DNA of 64,000 nucleotides from Struthio camelus (Eukaryota). Below are positions 50,418 to 63,515 of this stretch, in pieces; within the stretch, counting starts at the first letter, position 1, and each line of letters opens with the position of its first letter. The notes beneath the pieces are model-generated. The model had not been told where the DNA came from, did no database searches, and was given only the letters and a program-made list of their open reading frames with translations. Position numbers and translations under genes: made by a program. The DNA is taken from contig NC_090942.1 in the NCBI RefSeq assembly GCF_040807025.1, positions 204,246,640 through 204,310,639 on the forward strand, in the 5' to 3' direction.

Positions 50418-50535
50418 ATGGTAATTTGTTTTGGTAGCCTGATAAAGGATCTTATACTGTTTTACTGGAATCACATATGGTAATTTGTTTTGGTAGCCTG
50501 ATAAAGGATCTTATACTGTTTTACTGGAATCACAT
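50418..50535. repeat. Perfect tandem duplication of a ~58-bp unit (x2) in PARP4 intron 1.
   Basis: ggtaatttgttttggtagcctgataaaggatcttatactgttttactggaatcacata occurs twice back-to-back. Confidence 0.8.
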
Positions 50536-52633
50536 ACATGATGTAAGTTAAAGCTCTCCTCATAGGTCAATGACCCAATTGACCCAGATCAATGAAAGGT
50601 CATAACATCAGAATGACATTAGATCTATTTTACTTGAAACCAATGTTATAAAAGCATATATTTTCATTTGTCATATATAACAAAGTACAGCTTTAGAAAG
50701 AAAGAGCTCTTCCCAAATACAATGTTTCTCAGCACTGAGTGCAGATACATGCTGAGGTTCCCATCTGCAGATAGGGTGAAATGCTTGCTTACTCATAATT
50801 GAGTTTCTGAAGCTGGGGTAAGGTCTGTCCTGAATAGGCCAGCCATTTATTAGTGGTCCTGAGTATCTCAGAGCTCACAATTTCTAGATACTGATATTTT
50901 AACTTTGCATTATATTTATAAAGATTTTTCGAGATACATATTTCAATTAAGACATGTTTGTATTGCATAATACACATCTGTTAATTCACTTGCTATATTT
51001 AGGAATTCTTTTTTTTTTTTAGCAATTGTTTTTCCAAGTTCTTTTTTTTTTTTTTTTTTTTTTAAATGAGGAAATTTCCTTGACTCTCTTTTTCCCCCCA
51101 GCTCACACTTAGAGGTCAGCAGTATGAAGGGATGAATGCGAACCTTATTTTGACGCATCACTGTGCCGCGGCTCTGGTGGTGTAAAGAACCATGGGCTGG
51201 ACAATAAATAACTCTTACAGCGCAAAGAAATCTGTCAAGTCTCTGGAATACTATTCCTAAATTGGGTATGTTATTTTTCACTGTCTCTCCTAAACAGATG
51301 TGCATTGTCAAGAGTTGCCAGGAAACAGCTGTGCTCCGAGTAAGGTGATGATGCACCTGCAATACTCCTTTTCTTCACGCACTCCTTTTCTTTTATTCAA
51401 AGTCAGCTCCCTATGTTACGCATAATTTAAATTGTAGACTCTCGAGGACAGCATCTACAGCTTTTGCTGTTTGTAAAGTGACAACCATCCATGGAAGCTG
51501 TATGTACACCAGCAGGTTTTAAAGTAACATGTTTAATTTTATATTAGGAAAAGTTACACGTAAGTGACAGGGAGAAATTAGCTCCCTTGATCATACTCTT
51601 CTCAAAACTAAGAAGAAAAAAAAAGATAAAACAAGAAATAAAATCATAACAATGCACTTCCTTCTCCCAAGGGGGATCAGAAGCAAGCACTCTAATATGA
51701 CAATATAAATGAGCTTGCCATAAGTTATGAGTTATGAGGGAAAAAATAAATGTTACTTTCAAGTGTCAGAAGCGATAAGATGCTGAGTATTTTTATGCTA
51801 CCCCTTCACTAAGAAGTTACATAATCCACTCCCTGTCACTGGCAAGTGAATATCTATATTGTTATGGCACTGGCATATTCCTTGACATACTTCTGGCCTC
51901 AACCAATGTGCATCTCTCCAGTTTCCAGCATGGTTTGGGAGACAGATCATCACCGTGACCATTCCCAATAGGCAGTTTGGATATGAACACTTGGTCCTGA
52001 GGGCCAAGAGAGTTCACTAGCACAGATGTGGGCCAAGCCATACCATAGTCACAGACGGGGCCACAGACCCTGGAAACCCAAGTCGTGTTTAATATACTAA
52101 TATAAACTTAGCCTACTGGTTTCATTGTTGCAATGCAACATGCATGCCATGCAAGCAGGCTCCTTGATTGGTCCATGCTGCATGTTGAATATGTATTTAA
52201 AATATAAAGCCGGATTTAAAATAGAAAGCTGCAATATCACAGCCATCTATTTTCACTCAGGAAACAAATGTTTTCATTAATACAAACAACAACATAACTA
52301 AAGCCCAATTCATGATGCATGTCCTTATTCAGTGTTTCCTCTCCCTGACGATAAGAAAAGAAAAATAGCATGGCAGTTTTATCCAGGACAGAAACCTCCT
52401 GGTTCTTTCGTGGAGAGAAAATATTGCTCTTAATTTTGTATGTGACATTTCAATACTGCAGAGCCAGATGCATTAAAAAGGAAAACAGAATTATTTCTAC
52501 TGAAATATTAAACAGAGAAATAATCCCTATAGTTCTTATGATTTCTCTAGAAGCGGTAAGACTAACAGTCTACCACACATAACAGTATTTGATATTTTCC
52601 TACAGAGATCTTGGAAATGAATCTGAAACATAC

Positions 52634-52766
52634 CTTGTGATCAAGCACAAAATGAATTACTCCACCATTTTCGTTAATGCATGTTTTCAGTCTATTCTTC
52701 TCCCGAATAGGTAAGTGCTTCACTTTTAAAAAAAACACACAGTTTGCAAAGATTGTCATCACGCTC
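52634..52766 (-). CDS. PARP4: PARP4 first coding exon. The ATG is at 52759-52757, and the CDS portion 52634..52759 reads MTIFANCVFFLKVKHLPIREKNRLKTCINENGGVIHFVLDHK. A strong acceptor (ccttttttaacag|gagcgtg) lies 7 nt upstream of the ATG at 52767/8, so this is exon 2 of the transcript, with an untranslated exon 1 further upstream.
   Basis: It matches the human PARP4 N-terminus MVMGIFANCIFCLKVKYLPQQQKKKLQTDIKENGGKFSFSLNPQ. Donor aag|gtatgt. Confidence 0.8.
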
Positions 52767-55700
52767 CTGTTAAAAAAGGAAATTGTTTTTTTGGCTGAAA
52801 AGAACTTTCATTCCTATTTTCCATCTAAGTAATCTCCCACCAAATATACTCTTTTCAACTCTAGAAAATACCAAAACAAATCCCATTTTATTAGCATGGA
52901 AATCGAACCGTTCTTTATTTGTTTTATTCATTTTTTTTTTAAATGACGTGGAAAATTTAGCGTGCCCTACGTTTTCAGTAAAGTCATGGCATGAACCAAT
53001 TGCCAAACTCATGTCTTGATCTCTTGCTGCTAATAGCCATTGTTAGAAATGTGGAATTATCTTATTTTAGACTAGAACAATCTTTCTGTTCCCCTTTCAG
53101 ACAATACCCTATAAAACAACTCTCTTCTTCAAGACCGTAAACTGTTTCTCATGTTTCCACTCGCAGATGTATATAATCTGTAAACACAAAGAAACCATTT
53201 AAAAATGATTTTGCAAAACTGATCCAGATTAAACCCAATACAGCAAAAAACAACAAAACAAAAGGTTAGTCTTAATCCAGATCCGTTTTCCGATTTGATT
53301 CGCCCTGTAAATTTGCCTTGGGCAAAGATCTACATTGGAAGACAGGAGGGGTAGCGTAGCAGTGGAAGCGAGTAGTCAGGGGAGGGGTGGAGGTAGGCAA
53401 ACAGCTTCTTTTCTTAGTAGTGCCTGCCTACAATGTCTGTAAAACAACTTCAGTGAAAATTGGCTACGTGTTATTTGTGACAAACTACGCTGAGATATGG
53501 GAGGCTGGGAAAGTTTTATTTAATCAGGAGTAGAATTTACGATAACCAAATGTAAAGGCAGTGTCTGACTTAAGGCATTAAAACGTATCCTCATTATATA
53601 CCTATTTTCCTGGCTGCTTGTGCGTGCAAAGTTATTATTTTAAAAATGGATGGAAACATTAAAAAGAATTGTAGTGTAAGTGAGAACACTTTATGACCAC
53701 TGAGCTCTATATGTATCACTTAAAGGCTCTCCTGGAGACCCCCGTGACATGCTGCGGACCTTAAGCGGCACATGAGCGTTAAGTGCAAGCTAGCCTTAGC
53801 CTGGGTGGTTAATAGAGGCTCACACCTATGTCCCCATTAGACATATCGGAAGCGCAGCGCTCAGTTTAGTTTTCTCTGAAAGGCATTCAGATTGCACATC
53901 TCAAAACCACTTTGAGACCTTCATCAATATAAGGCAATTGGTGACAACCAGAAGATTTGGCTTAAAACCGTATTTCTGCTCCAAGCCAAATTGCTAATGC
54001 AGATGGACCCTACAGTAACTAGCATTGAAGAGAACATATGCCTTTAAAATAAAATATTCTGGTCAGAAATCCTTTTTACCAGTAATTCGCTGGCTAACCA
54101 TTGAGTCCATATCTCAGCCAGAAGGTTAGTATCAAAGTTACTTGTAAAGACTGTGTTTACTCAGACTTCTCATATTTCTGGAAAAGTTACTTGATGATGA
54201 AAATTTTTCACCATGGCTTAAGACCAAATATTTGTAACTGCGAGATGACTGGACAAAAATGACAATCCAGAATATCTGCCTTCTCCAAATTCATCCTGTA
54301 CTCACAGAACGAGGCAGAACAAATAAGAAATTGCTCCTTAAAAAACAAAGACAACGCAAAAGGAAAGTATTTCTTGCGTTGGCCAAAAATGTCTGACATT
54401 AAGTGCCCTCTGTTTTGGACAGGCCACTGAGAAGAAAAAAAAAAAAAAAAAAAAAGAGCTTTCTCCAACTTGACACGTGCACTGCAAATACTGATTAAGC
54501 CTCTACCCTCCAAATCCTAGAAATAAAAAACAATTTCATTAAAGATTGAAGAAAGAAAGCAGAAGGAATTCAAAAAGTTTATTTCCATTTTCCACCATAC
54601 ATTTTTCCACACTAAGTGTAGGCGTACGCGAGCAAACATTTATTAGAACAGTTTCCTTAACAATTTCTAACTAAAAACTAAGCCTACACGTGAATTACCC
54701 AGTAGGTTCTCCTGAGTTAAAAAGCAGCATTGGTCAAATTGCACCAATAGCTCAACAAAGCTTTTACATCAACTCTGCAGAAAGATTCAGCTATAGCGTG
54801 TAGAAAAAAAACAAACAAAAAACCCAGTAACATTGCAGAGGAAGTATTTAGGTGGCATTGCACAAGTCCAGAGCAGATGATTAGTATAAGGTTTCAGATA
54901 AATGAATGAACCTGTAGTAATTTAGGAGTGGGATTACAATTGAGGACTGAGTATATTTTCTTACTCTGTGGCATGATTGCTTTTCAATGAATGCAAGTAA
55001 AATCATTTTTCAATGCAGTAAATAAAGCAATACTCTTCCCAGCTACTGTGGAATAACTAAGCAATGAGCGGAAGAATAGGAAGGAGTTTGTCTAAGGCAG
55101 AGAGCAATATAATTTGAATTTTGGGTTTCAGGAAAGCCTGGAAAAACCAATACCATCAGACATGATTTTATACATACCTGTACAATTTGATCTTGAAAAG
55201 GTAATCTGTAAGAAAGGCCCAAACCATCTACTACACTAAACATCTGAGAGAACTGGCGACCCTGTAGTTCTAATACATACATTTAGACCAGGCAGGCGGC
55301 AATTCAAAGATCAAAGGGCACACGAAGGCGCTATAAACCTGTATTTTGTGGCTCTTGTTTTCTGTTGTCTGGAATTAGCAATCCTTTTGGCATAAAAGTA
55401 CAGACAGAAAAACACATCTTCTTTATATATTTTAACTAAGAGGTTTTCACAAGATACCGTGGTATCTGAGGTGATAAAGGTCTTACAAGCCAGCCTTCAT
55501 GTAATTCAGCTCTGTTGGAAACTATAACTTTAAGGAGCTCTACTGTGTGGTGTAAGCTGCTTTTATCAACTTTATTTTGAATCTTGCCACAAATAAAATA
55601 CATTAATTTGAGGGATATGCAAGGGTTAATGGGCCGTTCCCAAAGGTTTCCCTTAATAATCACAGAATGGACCTGGGCACTGCCTCCCTTTCTACTCCCA

Positions 55701-58173
55701 GACCTCTGCATGCACTGATTTTCTCAGTCTGCTCCCTAAAGCAGATTCAGGCCACTTCAAAAGTTTCATCAGAAGTTGTCTCCACAGAAAATAATGAATT
55801 CCATTTGCATAGCCTAAACAAAAAGATTATTAAAAGACAATAAAATTAATTACAAGCATCAGTCCTGCCAGCACATCTATATCTCACTTTAAAACATCCG
55901 AAACAACTGAAACTGGTAGCTACATGTGGCATAAAGACTCCACAATGTTATTTTACATTACATTTTGCTTATGAAAATTATGCTGCTTGCTACACACTGA
56001 GGAGAAATTGTTGAGAGAGCTGACCTGTAAATAAACCATACATCAGCCAGCAAGCAGAGAGGAATGCGTAAACTTGAGGGAAGGGCGGATTAATTTCCTC
56101 CGAGTTTGTTTGCAAAGAAACCCGCCCATCCTTCTGTACCGCCAACATTACAGGCATTAAATGATCCTTGATCCCACTCCTCTCTTTACATTCTGAGCAA
56201 CACAAACCACGTACGCTCATCCGCTGAGGCGGCTCCCCTCCCCTCAAGGGTCTTCTTGCCTCCCCAACAGTGCGATACAACTGGAGAGACAGGAGGGCGT
56301 TGTGAGAGAGGAAGGACTAGGACACACTCATTCCTCAAACACTGTAAAAAGCCCAAAGGGGCAGCAACACTGATTGTGACCCAGTCAAATAAACCAAACC
56401 AAGCCAAGCTGAGTCTACCACACAGCTAGAGGCAATAACCCTCTCCAAACTTGCAAGAATGAGGAAACTGCCACTGAAAAGGGCAAGTGAACTTTGGAAT
56501 TCCTCACAGAGTACAGGAAATCGAGTTGAAACCTGTTCAGAGTCTACTACCAGGAGCTTTTCTCTCCCCTAAGCAAACAGGATTTTATTCTCTTCCACTG
56601 TTGATGAACACTACCACTGAATACTAGTCTCTCTTCTATTCTTCTGAGAATTCAGAAAAGTTTCTGAGAATTAAACTTTTCAAGGAATTTTATCAAAGCC
56701 TTTGGCTTTAAGCTTTTTGAGCTATAAAACTCTCAAACTTCAAAATCAGAATAGGAGACCATTCTATTGATCCTGCATGTTGAAAATTAATTAGCAGCTG
56801 ATAGACACTTTCTAAACTGGAAAGTGTGTTGCTGCAGCACCAGATAAGAAAATTATGTAAAGGAAAACTGTTGACAATCACTGCTAGCTTAACTCCTACA
56901 ATTTTAATTTGTGTCAGTGGAGATCAGTAAAGCTTTATTTGCCTCAAAGGAATTTCCCACAAGTAAGTGAGGTTGTACTTCCTGGTTAAACTGTGATCTT
57001 GGGATCAGCATTAGCATCAGATTACATTTATAGCATGAAGAGGGAGCCAAAGAGAAATTTCTATCATCTAAAAATAGTTCATGCGTAACCTGGAATCCTG
57101 TAAGGCCTTCAGCACGCAGAAATATTGAAAACAAACCTCTACTGTAGTTTCCAAATAAAGGAATTAAAAGTGATGCCGGGCTTTAAAAAGCCACAGGTAG
57201 AAATCCTCGTCATTTCTATCACAGCAGTTTCACACTCCTAATGCAGATTCTATTTTTAGGACAATCACGTAGAAAATATACTCCTAACTGGAAAAAGGAA
57301 AGTGCAGGGAAGATGATTTAAAGTTTAGGAGAAAGAATCACGTGGAATTATAGAAAGAAGAAACAGCTGAAATTAAAACCAGTACTCAGCAATTGGAAGG
57401 GCTGCCACAGGTACGTACAGCCTAGAGCAGAGTTTTGTACTCGCCCACGATAGGAAAGAGCAAAACCAGGTCACAACCTGCTACACACCGTGAGCTTTTC
57501 GTGCGTGATGCTGTGCCTTTTACTAGAGTTTAGAGGAAACCGCTCATTTTGGAGTGTGTGTAGGAGTGGGACGCTCAACAGGACAGCGCACATCCAAAAC
57601 GCAAAACGTCAGAAAGCCAAGGTTACGCTCTTTGCCCGTTTGTCTTTCCACTCCTCGCTTACTGCGGCTATATAAAGATTAAAAGCGCATCAGAAACTGC
57701 TATAAAAGCAAAGAAAAGGCCCAAGCCGCACCCCCACAGGAAAACCCCACCCCTGCAAGGCTTGCGGACCGCTCACTAGGCAGGAACAGCAATTTTTTGC
57801 GGCGGTTGCCCGTGGATCCTGCGCGGAAGTGGCCGTTAGCCTCCGAGGCTTTCCAGGCCGCCTCGGGGGGCCGGGCCGGGCCGGGCCGGGGCGCGGCGCG
57901 AAACTCGACGCCCGCCGCGGCTTCGCGGCGACGCCGTGCGAAGAGCAAACCCGCGCTCCCACAGGGCCGCGACACCGGAGGGAGCCGGGGGGGAAAAGCG
58001 AGGCGCATCTACCTGCGAGGCCACCCCGGGAGCGAGGGGCAGGTCGAGGTGCCGGAAAGAAACCGTCCTAGCCCGATCCGCGCCGCCTCCAGCCGCGCCG
58101 AGCAGGAACAGGAGCGCGGGCGCGGCGGCGGTGGAGGCGGTAGATACCGTTGAAGCCTATCAACGGCCTTTCG

Positions 58174-58203
58174 GCTGCTGAGGCTCGTGGGAGCTGTAGT
58201 TCG
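58174..58203 (-). promoter_or_regulatory. SBS/ZNF143(Staf)-THAP11-like motif in minus orientation: aACTACAgCTCCCAcgagcCtcagc.
   Basis: The revcomp of 58174-58203 contains an ACTACA submotif followed by TCCCA, as in the ZNF143 SBS consensus (ACTACAATTCCCAGCAATGC). It is paired with the site 50 bp away in the opposite orientation. Confidence 0.45.
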
Positions 58204-58250
58204 AACGCCGCAGGGCCGCCTCGCAGCTGGGCGGGCAGGGCCGCGGCTTG

Positions 58251-58279
58251 GGACAACAACTCCCAGCATGCCTGGCGCG
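58251..58279 (+). promoter_or_regulatory. SBS/ZNF143(Staf)-like motif in plus orientation: ggACAACAACTCCCAGCATGCCTGGCGcg.
   Basis: 15 of 18 positions match TTCCCAGAATGCATTGCG, with an upstream ACAACA (ACTACA-like) extension. This is a typical core element of bidirectional CpG promoters. Confidence 0.55.
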
Positions 58280-60058
58280 GGGCGTCGTCGTTCAGCCTGT
58301 GGCGCCGGGAGGCTGTGCGATGGCGGCAGGTTTGTAAGAGACGAGGAGGGCCGGGGCCGGGGCCGGGGCCGGAGCGACGCGGTGTCGGCGGCAGCGGCGA
58401 GCGGGGGTGCGAGGAACGGGGCTGCCGCTGCCGCCTCGGCATCTGCGAGGGGCCGCGGGTCGTTGCTGCCCCGGGGCGGGGGGAACGGCGGGCCGGCCTC
58501 TGTGAGGGCGCCGCGGCGCTGGGGTGTCCCCGGGCGAAGGGAGATGCCGCTGGCCTTGACGCCCCGGCAGCACGCAGAAAGGCTGCGCTCGTCTCCCCGC
58601 CGCCGAGGAGGACTCTGCCGGCTTTTGGAGGGTCCCTTCTTCTCCTCCCCCCCCCCCCCCCCCCCCCCCCCGGGAAGAGGGCAGTTCAGCTTCAGCTTTT
58701 GGTCTGCACAAAGGGGCTGCTGCCCTTAAACTTTAGGAGGAGCTTTAAATAGATCGCACCTTTGTCAGAAAGGAGTTCTGCTTCACGTACGTTTTAGGAG
58801 GCTTGTCTTTAGGCTCTAGAAATCTGCTGGGCAGTGATCTAACACGAGTTTTCAGTGTGTTGTCGCAGAATGAAGTTGAAGACCGTTCGTTCAAGGCAAT
58901 ATTGTTGTCTCTCTTAGATATAGGCCGCTCTGCTGCTTCTCATGCTGTTGTCTCTGTGAAACTTTGCTAAAAGCTTAAGCCCTTTTACAGTTTCTGCATG
59001 TGTGGAATTGCATGTGGAAAATTAAACAAGAGCTGGCATGGGACTGGTCTCTTGGGAATGAGGAAACTTTAAAAAGTTGTTTCCTGATCAGCAGCACTGT
59101 TGACAACTGATTTCCTCTGATTGAATGCCCTCTGTTCCCTAATTTCGTCTTCCATCTATGTTCCTTATGACGCACCGTACGCACAGGCAGAGAGTTAATT
59201 GCTCTCAGACTAGTTTGAGGTAGCAGTGCTGAGGGGCCAGACTGTTGTTGCCACATGAGCAACAGCAGTTCAGTCTCTGGCCTTAGAGGGGACATCGCTT
59301 TGGGTTTCTTAGCTACCTGAATTTGTTACTACTTCATGAAACCTGTAGGAATTTGATCGTCACTGACACTTTTATAGTCTTGAAACTTTTCCTGTGGATT
59401 GAAAAAAAAGATGGTGGGAAGAGGAGGAAGAGCTTATTAGGCAGTGTGGTTCTAGAGCTTCCATGAGAAACCAAGGAAAGCGTGAAAGTGATGATAAAGT
59501 GCTGCTCTGAAATATACAATCAGTAAAAGGATTGTATTTAGACAGACTTTAAACATTACACTAATATGAAGGTCCTGTGAGGGCAATACCTTTTTCAGCG
59601 CCTCGAAACATTTCTCTCTCCTTTTCTTGTGGATGCTCTTCAAAAGCTCTGAACCCATTCCTGTACTATTGAATAGAACAGAATATTGTGTAGAGCTTTA
59701 TAACATTTGAGATGTTATGATGTTATTTATTTGAATGCAGTTAATATCAAAGTTGAAAAGTTACATTGTGTTGACATCCTGTATAGAAAGTGTGCTAGTG
59801 GTCCAAACTGATTTTATTGCCCAAGAGAAAAACAGATAATGACTCAGTATATTAAGTTAGCTATAAGAGAGTAAATTTCTGTTTGAGAATCTATTACTGT
59901 AGAATTCTAATTCTGTTTATCTGTTTAATTTCTAGGCACTAAAAGAAGATAATCATCCATACTAAACACCTGGAACTTTGAAAATTTTACTGTCGTAACA
60001 CTAGATAATGTTATATTGTTATGTTATTTGGTGATGCAACTTTAAAGTGGAATACAAG

Positions 60059-60448
60059 ATGCCAGCTGTTGAAGATCTAAGTACTGAATCAAACTTCATT
60101 GCACATTGGATGTCTGACACTTCCCGTGCTGGAGTCTTACTAGATCCTAATTTTCCTAGGCTGAAAATCAACAAAGAAAGTGTGTTATCTGGACATGAAA
60201 ACATCACAGCTTTCCTTGCAGAAGTGCAGCATCTTTCAAACAGCTGCTCTCTAAGTGAGGACTCCTTGTGTGAAGAACAAATACTGGAAGCTGGCAGCTC
60301 TTGTAGACTTCAGCAGCAAACCACTGAAACATCTTTTTCAGCAGCAGCATATAATTTAGAAGCCTCTCAAACAGAACTTGTCCATGGTGAAGTAAATGGT
60401 CGGAATAAATCAGATTACAATGATCCACTCTTACAAAAGCTTGAACAG
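60059..60448 (+). CDS. CENPJ: CENPJ (CPAP) first coding exon, transcript exon 2, with the likely acceptor at 59937/8: MPAVEDLSTESNFIAHWMSDTSRAGVLLDPNFPRLKINKES … DYNDPLLQKLEQ. The donor is cag|gtaaaa.
   Basis: It matches the human CENPJ N-terminus [44 protein letters not shown]…YKDPLFKKLEQ. The first in-frame ATG follows an in-frame TGA. The upstream part of the exon contains short uORFs, and the untranslated exon 1 should lie in the CpG island. Confidence 0.8.
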
Positions 60449-61199
60449 GTAAAAGCTTGACGTACACCAAGTAAAATTTACTTTGCTCCAAGTATCCAAG
60501 ACTTGGGGACCCAAGGGCCTGGATATATGACTCTACGATTGATTTTTTTTCCCACCCCCCCCTTCCTCCTGGAAGTGATCCTGCTAGTTAAGTCACTGTA
60601 GTTGGTTGTATGTCTGCTTGTAGCTCTCCCCAGTTGCCAGATATATGTTAGCTGAAAAAGTTAAGAGACGCTTTAATAAATCTTCCTATTAGGGATCAAG
60701 AACTTGCTGACATCTTCGTCCCATCTGCTAGAATTATTTCAGCACAAATCCCGACATCTGTTCATTCAAATGGAGAGAGAGAAAAAAAAAAAAAAAAAAG
60801 ATAATCTCTAAGAGTAGAATGTCACACAATCCTATAAGCTGTTTCTCTTTTACATGTTAGGAAAATATATTCACTTTCCCAGGTCAGCAGCATCCAACAG
60901 TGGCTAAATAATGGATATTAGTTGGTTCTAATGTTGATATCTGAAGAGGAATTGTTAAGTGTTATGTCTAGTAGAATTGTTAGGCAAGGTGGAAATAGTA
61001 TGTGCGTTCATAGATGGAAAAAATGACAGTTTTGTTCAGGATAGCACTTCATAGTTTTTAGATTTTTCATTTTTTTCATGTTGTACTTACCTAATGGAGC
61101 ATCTTTAAAACAGGAAATACCTGTTATTTTGATGATGCTTATTCTGAGATATATCTAAGTAAACTTACCTTCAAACACATTTATTTTTTGCATGAAAAG

Positions 61200-61323
61200 C
61201 TGAAGGAATTGCAGCAACAGAAACAGGAACAGCTAAAGAAACAACAGATGGAACAACTTCAAAAGCTTATGGAAGAGCAGCAGAAGCTACTTAGCATGGT
61301 ATCTGGCCAGAAGGCAGTTCTTG
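61200..61323 (+). CDS. CENPJ: CENPJ coding exon (phase 0 in, phase 1 out): [41 protein letters not shown](G).
   Basis: It matches human [37 protein letters not shown]. Acceptor gaaaag|ctg and donor ttg|gtaagt. Confidence 0.8.
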
Positions 61324-62066
61324 GTAAGTTGAGAAATAAAGCAGATGAGTTACCTTGAGTAAATTGTAGAGTTCAATCTCATTTTCCAGTAAAAATGAGA
61401 AAGTGTATTTGATGTTCTTCTATCTTAAAACTACTTGGTTAGTCAAAGATAAGTGGTGCATCATTTCAGTGTTTGATTATGTTCCTTCTACAGTAGCACC
61501 CAAATATCCTATTGTTATAAAATGCCAAATATAACTGTAACTTAATCAACCTGCGTTATGGGAGCCCTTGTTTCAAAGAACATAGTCTAAATATAAAAGA
61601 TAGTATAAAATAGTTGCTCTCCTCTCTGATTAGCTGTTTCTAACAATATTTTTGATTGCTTTAAGCTGGCATTGTATCCAAAAGAAGTGATCCTTCCTTA
61701 TTTGTGATTGTGGAGCACAAATTGTTCAGATGATGAACTGGACTGGGAAGCTGATCTTTGTTTCAGAAAAACCAACCGACTGACCAAAAAAAACCCCAAC
61801 CAACCAAAACCAAACACTTGTAACCTGGATCAGTTTTCCAGTCTAATTTGTTATGTGCAAAGGGAGAGGACAGCACTGGAGTGGAAAAAACAGTCAACTG
61901 AGCAGGGGCGCTTTCATTTGCTGGGAGTATCAGTCTGTGCTGACTTAAATGACTCTCTCTCTTTCGCTCTGCCTACCTGAGTAAGCTCTTCAGTGCCATT
62001 TCTTTTCTTTTTGCAACAGTAGTGATATAATACAAATACAATGACACACTTTTTTTTAATTTCAAG

Positions 62067-62369
62067 GCTCTCCTCTAGTAGCTGAAGGTCAAAACCTAAG
62101 ATCTGAACATTCAGTGGGCTTGACAGCTTTGCACCAGTTTCCATCATCTGTGTATCAGAACTGCAGTGAAGACAGAGCTTTTGCTCTGAATAATGTTTCT
62201 TCACGTACACAGGACAGTGGATTTTTACAAACGTTAAACAACAAGGAATGCATCTCATCTTTCAAGAGCACTCTTTCAGCAGTCTCTGCCTGTGAGAAAC
62301 AATGCCTGGGTGTGCCTCTGAAAATGAGGAATTTCTTGAGAAACAATGAGGAAGACAACTATACCACTG
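62067..62369 (+). CDS. CENPJ: CENPJ coding exon (phase 1 in and out): (G)SPLVAEGQNLRSEHSVGLTALHQFPSSVYQNCSEDRAFALNNVSSRTQDSGFLQTLNNKECISSFKSTLSAVSACEKQCLGVPLKMRNFLRNNEEDNYTT.
   Basis: A 100-codon open frame is bounded by the acceptor tttaatttcaag|g and the donor ctg|gttagt, and its phase is compatible with the previous exon. No direct human alignment was attempted, because this region is weakly conserved. Confidence 0.55.
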
Positions 62370-63515
62370 GTTAGTCATTTGTTGAAAGATGCACCCTTTT
62401 AAGATAACTTGGTGTTGTGTGGTTTTTTTTTTCCCGCAGATAGTTACTGAGCGTAATAATTGCTACCATTTATTGTTTTTAGGCAAACATTGGTAAATAT
62501 TTCATCAATTGATGTACTGTCAGCTTGTAGGCCTCGGAATGTTCCTGTTGATGCCCATTTGAGTTTTGTTAAAAGTGGCACGCAGAAAAATCAGGTTCTT
62601 TTGTTCATATAAAGTGTTTATCTGTTTTAGGAAAAGCTATAATCGTTACTGTTAAAAGCCTATATATGATAAAGACTGGGAAAATGATAAATAACGACAA
62701 ATCTTGGATAGCTGGGTTGTTCGTAAGTTGGGCTGAATTGCACATACGTTTTCATATGGTGAACGGAAAATAACAATCTATCCAGGAATAGAGAATGTCT
62801 TCTGATCACCTCTATAGTGAGGATCAGTAACTAAACTGGAAATAGGGGTCAAGATGGCTGTGAGTTGACAACGAGATCCCACTGTGTAACTAGAAGTTAC
62901 TTATACGTCAGGAACAATGCACTAGAGTTCTTCACCTTTCCTGCTCTCCTCAGTTTTACTATTGGCACCAGAGTGACTATTATGCTGCTATGACTGGGAT
63001 GCTGTTTTCAGTTTTAATTTAGCAATTTGATATGGTTGCTGAAAACTTGTTTCAGATAAAAGGTATGAGATTGCATTTCATCCTACTTTATAGCTTCTTT
63101 AAAACTTGTAATCAGAAGGGTTGGTTAAGAGGATGTAAAAAGATTAATTGATCTTAATTTATATGTACGTACATGGGAAACAAACTTGATAAGAGAGCTC
63201 TTCTGTACAGTAGACAAAGGTAAAGTAACTGAACAAATTTGGATTTAAGTCATAAATTAACAACAGCAAAGAAGATTGAACAATTATAGTGAGGTACTAA
63301 GATCTGTGGAAAATGTAAATGCAAAATTGGATGTTCCTCCAACAAGAGAGCTTCAATTCAAATAAGAATCAATTTGGGGAAATCTTAGGACTATTTTATG
63401 TCCTATGACCACAATGCTCCCTTCTGGTTTTAATCTCATCTCAATGCTTTGTAAAAGTAGAGCCAAAAACTGATTTTATGTTAGAAAAAAAATACAGTTT
63501 CCTGTCATTTCATAG

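Larger units (their letters stand above)
57730..58700. promoter_or_regulatory. CpG island: head-to-head (bidirectional) promoter region of CENPJ (plus) and, by inference, PARP4 (minus). It includes a 22-nt poly-C tract at 58658-58680 and (ggccg/gggcc)n runs.
   Basis: About 1 kb of ~75% GC with dense CpG. It is flanked by the CENPJ 5' exon at ~59938 on the plus side and by the PARP4 ATG exon 5 kb away on the minus side. All overlapping ORFs here, on both strands and in all frames, are GC artefacts. Confidence 0.7.

Noticed and set aside
57690-58752. Overlapping ORFs of 80-200 aa on both strands in the second CpG island, e.g. 58150..58752+ and 58292..58711-.
   Set aside because: Same GC-composition artefact. 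They have no homology and mutually overlap in all frames, and the region is better explained as the CENPJ/PARP4 bidirectional promoter and 5'UTR.
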